DNA from: Phoronis australis
Taxonomy: Eukaryota; Animalia; Phoronida
DNA: 64,000 nt
Assembly (NCBI GenBank): GCA_002633005.1
Contig: NMRA01000227.1
Coordinates: 568,219 to 632,218, forward strand
Direction of reading: 5' to 3'
The notes under the pieces are model-generated. The model was not told the DNA's origin. It searched no databases and saw nothing but the letters and a program-made list of their open reading frames with translations. The position numbers and the translations under genes were made by a program. Each line of letters begins with the position of its first letter. Position 1 is the first letter of the stretch. This document shows, one piece after another, positions 53,184 to 64,000 of this stretch.

Positions 53184-53792
53184 CACATTGAAATTTACTG
53201 ACAGGTTAGCGATTCTTTTCCGGATAAGCGGCTAAATTCTTCGAATTGTCTCACAATTTCGTCACGCGCACGTGAGTAGCCCGTTTAAGCCAATATAGGC
53301 CTACTGTCATCCCACGCACCCAATAATGTTACAAAATACTTTGATTTACGGGTCTCAAGTAGAATACAATATCCACTAATATATATCAAATCAAATTTCA
53401 TCAACGGAAGTGCTATATTTGGTATATTTATTTCGAATGTTGAAGAAATAATGACCTAGTCCATCAAATGACGGCTCAACAAATAGACGACGTTACCATC
53501 GAATCGAAATGGACTTTGGGTATCAATATCGAAAGCAGTGCCAAGATACAATGTTTGCTTCTGATTACTGGACTTCATTTCTTCTACTTTCAGTTACTTT
53601 CTAGCATAGCAGTGGCTATGCTTTCTGCCAATAAATTGTCTCTTTGTCGAACTATTTTTAGCGGACTCCAGGAATGCGACATGTCATTCAGTTCTCAGTG
53701 GCGAACTGATTCGTGGACGAGACGGTCTCGCCACCTGGTGTTTGGTTTCAAAGTGATTGTGGTCGAATATTGAATATCAAAGAACCCCAAAT

Positions 53793-55020
53793 AGAGAGAG
53801 AGAGATAGAGAGAGGGAGAGGGAGAGGGAGAGGGACAGGGAGAGGGAGAGGGAGAGAAATCACTTTTATTTACAGTACATAATAATAATACATTGATTAA
53901 AATTTGATTTCAATTAGGAGGCCTTCTAAAGGTAATTGACGGCTGATAAGAAGGTCCCCTGTACAAGATAAACAAATGGAAAAACAAAAATCAGTAGGAA
54001 TACTTAAGAAAACAGTGAATTAGTGCTGAAAACGACCAACACGCCAGAAACCAAGAAGTAATGGCACAGCTCAGGAGATTTTGAGAATACAATTAGATAC
54101 TGTTACATATGAAGCAATTGGAAATATGACAAACTGGATCGTAGTTGCTAATAATAAAATTGGTTAAGAACCTGGAGAATGCTTGCAAAGAATGCGTTTT
54201 TATTATATTTAGAGCAGAGACTGGTATTTCGTTGTTGTTTATAAGTCGAGGAATCTGAAATCTAATACAGGCTCTTGATGACAATTTGTTGGACGGAGGA
54301 ATTAAAATTTTGTGTTGTATTGTCGGTATAGTAGCTGAGTATTGACTCAGGTATGTAGGAGTTTTAATGTGTCTGGTTGGCTTATATTGGATGGGTTGTG
54401 ACTAAAGAAGTTGTTAGTGTAAAAATACTTAGGAAGCTGATTATTGAGGAATTTGTAGTAAAATTTTGCAGTTGAAATTTTAAAGATGTCTTGAACTAGA
54501 GGGAGGAGAAGTTCCTTACATATGGGCAGAGAGTGAGCATTATAACTGGAATTTGATAAATTCCTAAGTAATCTTTTCTGGGCTGTTTGAAGTTTCTTAG
54601 TGTTGCCAAAACCCCAAGTAGTAACTTAAATGCCATAGTTTAAATGTGGAAGGACAAGTGAATTATATATGAACTTGAGAGCTGGAAGAGGAAGATAAGA
54701 TTTCAATTTGTATAAGAGTCCACCGAGATTGTTAAGTTTGTTTGAGATGAGGTTAAAGTGGGGGGACCATGAGAGGTTTTTGTCAACAGCAATACCAAGG
54801 AAAGGAAAACTGTTCACATGATTTATTGTTTTGCTATTTATATAGATGGTGGAAATAATACATTTTTCAATTTTTCTTTTGGGGGTAGTGGAAGATCGTT
54901 AATTTACTTTTTGATGTGTTAATTGAAAGTTTGTTCACAGAAAACCAGTTTGAAATAGATTTAAGGTTGTCGTTGATGGTGGTTGATTGCTGTAAAGTGT
55001 GTTGGGAAGATTCATTCAGT
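53793..55020 (-). mobile_element. 5'-truncated CR1/L2-like LINE fragment with a CT-rich microsatellite tail
   Basis: FLGIAVDKNLSWSPHF...LKFIYNSLVLPHLNYG; C-terminal CHISNCFIC; AATAAA followed by a (CT/CCT)n tail at 53793-53857. Confidence 0.85.
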
Positions 55021-58004
55021 TTGTAAGGTAGATAGATAACAAAATGCTCTTCGCGTCACCTCTTTGTAGTGCCACTCACATTGCTTACTAACAAAACAGG
55101 TTGCATTTAACTGAGAATTTTATAATGATGATAGAAAATAATTGTATATATTCTATTTACATTGATGTGGTATAATGTACTCTTGTTTTCTAGTTGCTAA
55201 CATCCCTAAATAACATGGACTCTACCTGAATAACAAACACAAGCTTTGCCGCCGGGATGTCTGTCAAGCAGCGAAGCAGTGATAAATCTGGGTCAACTCT
55301 GAGCACTGTTCAACCCTAAAATGGGTTAAACCTGTACAATTGTCTTTCAGGAATATACCAGCTTCTCAGATTTTGTTAAAGATTTCACGAGTTGATGGTT
55401 CCGGGTCTGACAACCGTAGCTACACCTGGTGGCAACTAGACAAGCGACATGAAATAGTTCACAGGTGAGTTGCTCGCGTAATCGGGTCATACGGTTCATC
55501 GCTAGTGACTCATAACAATGGGTGGTATTCCAGATTTCGTCGTCTCCGTTGACATCGCTATATGTATGTGTGACATATTTTCAGAAGAGCCTTTCCTATT
55601 GACTCGGTTTTGTCACAGCTGAACGATTGAACGTTGTCCCCAGTGACGGTGAATGTGAGTGTGATTCAGTGAACGACTCCATGTTTCTTCTAATCTTTTC
55701 AATCATCTATTTCTTCGAGAGTACGTACTCCACTTCAGTCCAGTATACTATACTGAAGTGAAGTGAAGTACTATACTATATACTGTATAGTACAAGTAGG
55801 TACTTCAGTTCAGTTTAGTACTAGTAGGTACATGTGCTGTATGTAGTTGTCATACCCTAGCTCAACAGACAGATATGAAATCTGTTGAAACACTGTTGTT
55901 GACTGCATGGAGTGCATGGTCGTTTTACTAGATTCAGACTATATGTTCTGTTCTGCGAGTTCAGGTGGTGGCCTAGGCATAATGTTTTCACATCGTTTTG
56001 GTCTCTGAATAAGGACTACGTACATCTTCAGAGACCACAAACAGTAGAACTCGGATAAATCGCTTCCAATTCAGGCCGAGAGATTTTATCGGAGTCAGGA
56101 GAAATTTTAAATACACCTTATTATTGGTTGACAAAGCCTGCCCTCTACCAAGGCCTTCTGAAGTGATAATTATCCCGGCGAGCTGGTGATGACTTTTGAT
56201 TGAACATATACTGAAAACTGGAAAGCCTGACAGCTTCAGTCATACCTGTCAATGAACTTTGTCTTTTTTGATGTTCTTTGACTCTTTACTCTTGCAGGTA
56301 GGGTAAATTCAGTCTTGTTACCTGTGCAATTTACTATGTCACATACTAAAAATTAACCATTGACAGTTTACTTGCAGTCAAGACTGCAGGTCAGGTGATA
56401 TGTAAATTGAATATTTAGGGCAAACATCAAAGAGAGATTATTGTAGTTTTGCCCATGTATTTATGTTCAAGTTATTACTCACACATAACAGCTTCTATTT
56501 ACCGGTACATGGTTATTATACTTTATTCTACCGTGGTATATACCGGTGCATGGCTATTATACTTTATTCTATTAATAAAAAGTAAATAATTATGGGTATA
56601 GCCGTTCCATTACATGATCATCTTCTGTATGCCTATGAGACGTATTGCCAAAATGGTGGAGTGGATGAACTAGAACAAACGTACCAACAGTACAGTTGAG
56701 CGAAAATCAGATTTGTGCAAAAGTTTCTGTAAATCATATCTCTAGCGTGGTTAGTGGAACAGTGCTTCTGGTCATGACCCATAAATATTGGTTATACTGG
56801 GACCAGCATTCCTACATTATAGATCCTTTTGCAGAGTCTCAGTGTTATGAAATTAGGTGCGGAAAAGGGATTCATGAGTTTCTTGACAACACTTAAAGAC
56901 CTGTTCTGAACCTGAATGCTTGCATTGACAAAATGGTTGTGAATGTAAACACAGAGGTGACCAGTAAAAGAATACGGTACTTATCTGTCACTTATTCGCA
57001 AATTTTCACGTCAAGATTGTTGAGTTGTGCCCCCTTAGGCATGGGCGTGTCAGAACTGGTGATGAGATCAAGATCTAGGTTGAAACTTCAATAATGAGCA
57101 GCGTTTTGAACAAACCTCAAAAAACTTGTTAGGAGCTAATTGTAGTCTGTGAAAATTATTCACTGACTTGGATTGTCTGCTTATTCTTGTCTAGTGACAT
57201 GAGGAATAAACCTTTTTGTCCATGGCCACAGATGGTGAGCCTGGGCAATGTTTCACCACAAACTGGCTGTCTTGAGAATTTAGACAAGGCAAGTGGTTGG
57301 GATGATCTCAGACAAAGGAGGTATCAAATTGTATATGCTTACTTTGAATGTAAATATAAGCCAACCATAAAATTTGATTAAACGTGTTTTATACAATAAA
57401 ATAACACCAACTTCGGACAAAAATTAACAAATTTACACTTTTTCATTTTTCAAGGTTTTCTTACACTGTTGTGAATGCCCACAAATTTGAAAACATTTTT
57501 GATTGTTGAAGCTATGGTATAGAACATAAAGCATTAATTTGATGCATTATATTTTTATGAACAAATGAGAACATACAGTTTCACTAGTTGACCATATTTT
57601 GCTCTAAATTGGTGAGGTCAATGTTAAGAATGCTCAGAGCTATGTTTAGGTGTAGTCAGCTGGATGTTAAAAAGAGTTAAAGCTGGCTCATCAGCTTTAA
57701 GGTACCGTGTGTACATTTGATGCTGCCGTGAGTAATAGACTGACATAATTTTTATTGTAATTAATCAAAAAGGAAGAGTAGGATCTAAAGCTAGACACAT
57801 CACATACTGTCTTAACACTTGCACATGTGAAGACACATAGTATATATGAATGTAGCCACATGGCCAGCCTAAATGTAAAAAATGTCCAGTTTGGGACTGT
57901 CTCTAACATTTGGGACACCCAGATAGCAGAAATTGAATTTTCTTGGTTCTGAAGATTGGGATATGGAGGATTTTCAATACTTAGATAATGTTGCCAATTG
58001 GCAG

Positions 58005-58320
58005 ATCTAAAGTGTCATCACATAGATATGAATGTTGCCACATTGTGGGCCTAAATGTAATGACATAGATAGTGTAGGCACATGGTGGGCCTGAGTGTCG
58101 TCACATAGATAGTGTAACCTCAAGGTGGACCTAAGTGTCATCACCTAGATAGTGTAGCCACGGGACGGGCCTGAGTGTGGTCACGTAGATAGTTTAGCCA
58201 CATGGTGGGCCTTAAAGTGTCGTCACCTAGACAGTGTAGCCAAATGGTGGGCCTAAGTGTCGTCGCATAGTGTAGCTGCATGGTTTGCCTAAGCAGCATC
58301 ACATAGACGATGTAGCCAGA
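58005..58320. repeat. ~39-bp degenerate minisatellite (about 8 units)
   Basis: Unit catggtgggcctaagtgtcgtcacatagatagtgtagcca. Confidence 0.85.
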
Positions 58321-58910
58321 TGTGCCAACAAAAAGATATTGATTTTAGTTTCATGGGGTGAAATTTGGTCCTGTTCCAACTTGGTCATTGCTAGTACTGA
58401 TCCTTTGGTAGAAAAATCTGTAATGTTCAACAGTTATCAAACTGTTGTGTGTCATGTTTGTTTTAAGATATTCAATCTTCCAAGAATTTGTCACTATGTG
58501 TGAAAAGTACACAGAACCACCAAGGACAACTTTTATGTCAAGGTCCTGAAAACTCTCATTGAAACTGACTAGTGATTTGTGATTGGCATTACCTACTACT
58601 TAGAGCAGTAGTGTTGTAAATGCATTTTACTGATAACACTAAAGTACTTGGAAAATTCATGGATTTGTTCTGAACTGTGTGCTTATCTAGATTTTATTCC
58701 TTGTGCAGTTTAAAAAGAATGGTCTTCTAGGCTGTCCTTGATTGTGGACTGAAACATGCTGTTTGGGCATGATGTCAAGTGGTAGATCTTATCTAGTATT
58801 ATGAACAGGCTATTCTGTGGTTTATACAATGGCATTTGAAATATGATATCTTAGAGAAGTATGTGCTTTGAATGGTGTATATTGTTTTTGTACTAGTGTT
58901 TAACTAGTTG

Positions 58911-58998
58911 TTCCTGCTGGTGTTGAATGGCTCCCTGCTGGTGTTGAGTGGCTCCCTGCTGGTGTTGAGTGGCTCCCTGTTGGTGTCGAGTGGCTCCC
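58911..58998. repeat. 21-bp minisatellite (about 4 units)
   Basis: ggctccctgctggtgttgagt repeated. Confidence 0.9.
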
Positions 58999-61900
58999 AG
59001 CTGTTAGACACACTCATTTCTAGAGTTTGTGGTTTGGTACTCTGAAGCACTAATTTTGGGATGGGCAACGTGTACACTGATGGAGATTTGAAATATCACC
59101 CCAGATTTCTTTGGGTTGACTAAAGTAACCTTCCCCAGCTGTCATTAGCTGTGTATTCAGCATTACGTGTCTCATCATGCACTCAGTGAAGTGCGAGAAC
59201 TGTACACTGCACCTACGTTGACTGGGTTTACATGTAATATCTTGATGTCAGTCATGAGGTTGTGATGATGACAATTGATTAATTCTTGTGAGCCTCACTC
59301 CTGTCTGCAGTTACATATATATAATATACACATTTTAATGAATTAAAAATTCTTATTTCAGCCATTAGAAGAATCCTTGGTAACTCCTGCTGACAATCAG
59401 AACAATTTTGCGCAACTTCCACAACTACAGGAAACTGAGGTTTGTGCATAGGTTGTATATTTGTTTGGCACCATGAAAGAGCACCTGAGCCCATACTACT
59501 TAGACATACCTGTGCATAAAGTTCTTCTCTCGTGGCTCACACACCCATATTCTTCTATCCTGTACCATATTTTACCATGGTCATATTTTTGTGCACACGT
59601 ACCAATCCTGCGCCCACACATTATTACGTGCCCATCAGCCTTAGTTCCCCCACTCACAGACATACTCATTGATCAATCTGTTGTTCTATGTGATGCGAGT
59701 TGCACACTTTACTGGAAAAACTGCTCCCAAGCCAGACATCACTCCTCCTACAGATGTAGTCCAGCCTTCTATTATTCTATGATACTTATTTACAGTAATA
59801 AATTACCTATTTCACAAAAAAATAATTATCAAATTTGCCATTTTTGTATTTTTCTAATGGCGTTTACATTAGCACTCCATATCAAAGTATGGTTTTGCCA
59901 CATTTAAGTTAGTACAAGGTAGCCTAATAATAATCTAATATTTTGAGAATTTTGACAAAATAGGGGCTACACAACTTGCTGGGACTCTCAATTGCATGGG
60001 AACGCAACAGATTTATGGAAATGATTTGTGTAAAAATATTTCTGCAAAATTTCTGTCATTCAGAAATGCTTTGAAAGGCTGCTACTTGAATCATCCATCT
60101 CTGACATAGTTAGCATTATGACTGTCACATGTACTTAGGTGTTTAATAGTGTGTGACTAAAAATGAGTTGAAATGCACCCTCACTGAATCCTAAGCAAAC
60201 ATTGTGAACATAAACATTTTCATTTAATAGAATAATGCAATGGTTGTGAAATGATTCTGTTTAAAGTGAATAATCAAAAATTGCCGTGTACAGCTATTCA
60301 CAGTTGATTAGTGAGGAGTAAGGATTTAATATGAGAGAATGCAAAGTGGCGTGAAAGAAGGGAACGTTACTGTGGGGATATAGAATAATGTTTGTGAGCA
60401 GGGAAGGATGTGCAGTAAAAAGGTTAGTTGTGCATGAGTGAAGAAATGTGATGGTGAGATGCAAAAACAGGACCCTCATTCATTTGAGGGCAAAGGTGCA
60501 TGTGCATTCTGAGAAGGGATTTTTTTTGGGTGAGGGAAAATTTTACTTCTCAATCACCATCAAAAGCCCCCACCCTGTTGCAAGCCTTCAAGTAGCCAAA
60601 ACTAACTTTTTGCGCTCTTTCAAATTGTCGTCTGTGTGAGTTATAAGTGATTTGAACCTTGAAGGGAATTTTCAATCACTTGAGGGGAATTTTTGGGCCA
60701 CAAGAGGGGAATTTTGCGTCATGTTTTTCAGAGGGGAATGGAGCCGTTGTTTGGCCCTAATATCGAGGGATTGAGGGGCCTGGAAAAGGTACATGGTGTC
60801 TGTGAGATGTGAATTGCGTGCATGGGGAGAGACCTTTGTGCACAAATAAGCCTGGGTGGGGTGTGGCAGGGAAGTCGAGGCACCCTGCAATAGAAATATA
60901 AAAGACTGGCTCTTGTTGAATGAGCTGTGTTAAGGCTTTAACTGGAAAATAATCAAGTCATGTTGTGAACTTGTTTAAAAACGTTTTTGACATCATGCAT
61001 GAATGCATAAACCCTAGTTTGAACTTTCTGTAAACATTCTGGTTAGTGTCTGCTCACCTAAGCATTCAGCTTTTCAATTAAGCAGCGCCCTCTGCATGTG
61101 CTACTGGCCTGACCCTACTGTATGGGCTATTCCCTACCTGTGTTTTGGTCCACCATCCATGAAAGGCATTTTACCATGCAGACACTAGCACAATTTGGAG
61201 TCACTGTTGTCGTGATCATACCTAGGACATCGTACTCTGCATGTGTTTCATTCAGTTCCTTAAAAATGGTCATTTTTGTTGATATTGTTCCTATAGTCAG
61301 TTACAGACTCAATCTACGCAACAAAAGTTTCATGGGAACCACTTTCTGAATGTGGCAACGGCTTCCGAAGACTTCTGGAAGGTTCTGCTCTGCCCCCTAG
61401 TAGCTTTACATTTGCCTTTGTTATCCTCAGTGCTCCTCGACTGTTTTGGTGTAGAATTTGGCAAACAAGTTACTGTCATGATGACGACAACACCTTTCCA
61501 TTTTCAGAAGTATTTGAAGTATTCTGTCCTATCTAGTGGCCATTCTTATTATCTTTGAGTCTCATTTTTTTGTTGTCTGCCTCTGTGTCTGCCAAACCAC
61601 TCTGAGAATCATGAATGTTGGCAGATGTGTTCCAACTAACTAGAGCATACTTATGTGAATTTTCGGACAGGTCCAACTACCATGGTGCCCCCTAGCATTT
61701 TTTTGCATCTGCGGCTGTAGCTCCTAAATCCTAAATTCCTTGCTGTGCTTTTTGGAAATTTATCAAGTGTATTAACTTGACAACAGATGGACTACCACTG
61801 TGCCTTGTTGTGTCAACTTGTTTTTCCCCCGTTTGCCTCTGTATCTTTGGAATTCCTTGTGGGATTTTCATGAAATTTGGCAAATAGTTTTCTGTTAGGG

Positions 61901-62199
61901 AGGGGGTGATGGCCATTTACGGATGTGTCTGGCATATTCTGCATCATCTTATGGCCATTTTTATGATACTTAGAAAGACCCCTTAAAGCATACTGCTTGT
62001 AGTGCAGTTGTGGGCTCATTTTGAGCTTTGCATTACTGTTGTATTTCTTGCACAACTACAAAGTTATTGATTACCAAAATAACACACGTTTGATGATGTT
62101 AACCATTCTTCTTGATGAGCCTCTTGATTGTACAAGTTATCAATGTCAGTTTTTCTAGAAGTTTTTCCCTTTTGTCATTGCTGTGCATCAGCGTATGTA

Positions 62200-62480
62200 C
62201 CGTATGTATCATTGTACAGCTTGCTGCCTTAGGTGTAGTTTGTATGTATCATTCCACAGCTTGCTGCCTTAGGTGTAGTTTGTATGTATCATTCCATAGC
62301 TAGCTGCCTTAGGGGTAGTTTGTATGTATCATTCCACAGCTTGCTGCCTTAGGTGTAGTTTGTATGTATCATTCCATAGCTAGCTGCCTTAGGTGTAGTT
62401 TGTATGTATCATTCCACAGCTTGCTGCCTTAGGTGTAGTTTGTATGTATCATTCCACAGCTAGCTGCCTTAGGTGTTGTT
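62200..62480. repeat. 40-bp minisatellite (about 7 units)
   Basis: tgtatgtatcattccacagcttgctgccttaggtgtagtt repeated. Confidence 0.95.
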
Positions 62481-64000
62481 TACAACATTTTTGACAGTAT
62501 ATTTTTCAAATTTATGCTTAAAATTGTTTTAAGGTTGCAATTTCAATGATTTTTGGTGACAACTACGTTTCATGTCAATCCTAAAATGTTTGCGTGGATC
62601 ACCCAATTATGGGTGTCAGTTTTACAGCAGGGCTGATTCAAATTGTACCTTAATTTGGCTAAGTACTATGCTTGATATATTATTATGCTAAATTCTTTGG
62701 TTTTCCTGTCTGCTGACCTCACTTTTTGAGGTCTTGCGTTATTGGGGGTGACTGTCTGGTGGCTGATAAGGGTCTATGTTCTGTTGTGGTAAGCACCTGT
62801 GCCCTGTTTTATGAAAGTTCCAATTTAAGTGCCTATGTCCAGTAAGTGCCTGTCCACAATTTTCAGGCTTGCTAAGTGCATTAATCAGACTGTTTATGGT
62901 ATATAAAACCAATACTTAGTAAAAAGGTTTGGAGTTGTGCCTCTTAATTGTTTAACAAACTTATATTTTCACAATCCATTTGTTTAATACGTAATTAGGG
63001 AGTGACCAAGCAAATGCACTGACTGATTTTTTTATTTCGTCTCACAAAAAGGATCAGTGTTCTCATATTTAGTCGACAAAATCCAGATGCTGAAGTTGAA
63101 AATTATGGTTAGTCCAGTTTTTACATCTATAGTGCTAAAAGGCACTTTAAAAATAATTACTGGGTTTGGACATTCTGGTCATTCAACTTCTTTAGGAGTA
63201 TGTATTGGGTGCAGCCAGTTTTGAGGCACACAGAATAATACAAACAAACTGAATCTTACAAAAGTTTTAACTACTAAAATGTCTCAACTGCTTACTTGAA
63301 TGAAGAAATGTCCAAGACCTGTGAAATTATTGTGACACTAAACACACGCACGCAGGCACGCACACACACATATATATTCATTAAACGTAACACCTATTGA
63401 GCTATTATTCTAGGACTCAAGTTGAGATTCTGATGGTAACATTTTGGTCAGGTGATTGGTTTAGTACACAGACAGCAAGCAGATATAAAGTTTATTGGAG
63501 TAGGCCAAGACACAGTGGTTCATCACTGAGTATCACTATACAGCTGTGCCCTTGCCAAGACACACACACACTATTTGTAGTGGTTTTGTGGCACTGTTTA
63601 TATATCTGGCAGTTCTGATAAAGACTTGGCAAACAAGACTAGCAGTCTGATTTATACTTTGCCCCCAACTCAGGGTTACTACCATTGTTCACTATAATGC
63701 TTGCCTGTATGCCTGTTGATATATAACCTAAGCAAACCTAGCATAACATTGTCAAAAGTGAGTTATTGAGCTGATGCTATCCAGAAATGTACATCTTGCA
63801 TGAGTAGAACACAGTTTAAATGTCAGAAGAAGTTAATCCAAAACATTTGTCAACTGAATGTTTACAACCTAGCCAAACTGGCTGGGGGATTGGCTACAGG
63901 GCCAGCACATGTTCATAATTGCCAACATTCCAAAATGAAAAAGCAAAACATCTGGATCTAGGATATCTCAAAGGGGACATGTCCCCAAAGGTGAAATATT

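Noticed and set aside
59461-59907. 148-aa ORF or possible RTE-LINE remnant on the opposite strand
   Set aside because: No convincing protein motif or splice context; too decayed to call

Overview
Eukaryotic genomic DNA from an animal, probably a marine invertebrate (AT-rich, spliceosomal GT-AG introns, many non-LTR retrotransposons and MITEs, one N-gap). I can reconstruct four protein-coding genes. (1) A 7-exon + strand gene (3239-20582) with two tandem BTB domains, a BACK domain and a degenerate Kelch-like region; its exon 2 has a 1-nt frameshift and appears twice across a single-N join. (2) A 5-exon + strand gene (27517-39718, about 573 aa) for a secreted protein that resembles the mostly bacterial DUF4434 glycoside-hydrolase-like family. 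(3, 4) Two intronless - strand secretin/adhesion-class (Methuselah-like) GPCRs, one with a Cys-rich somatomedin-B-like ectodomain and one almost without an ectodomain. The rest is decayed LINEs, non-autonomous DNA transposons (including a 1-kb family with 5-bp TSDs and a tRNA-like Pol III cassette), minisatellites, and a CpG-depleted final 8 kb. All family assignments come from recognising motifs by eye; no database searches were run.
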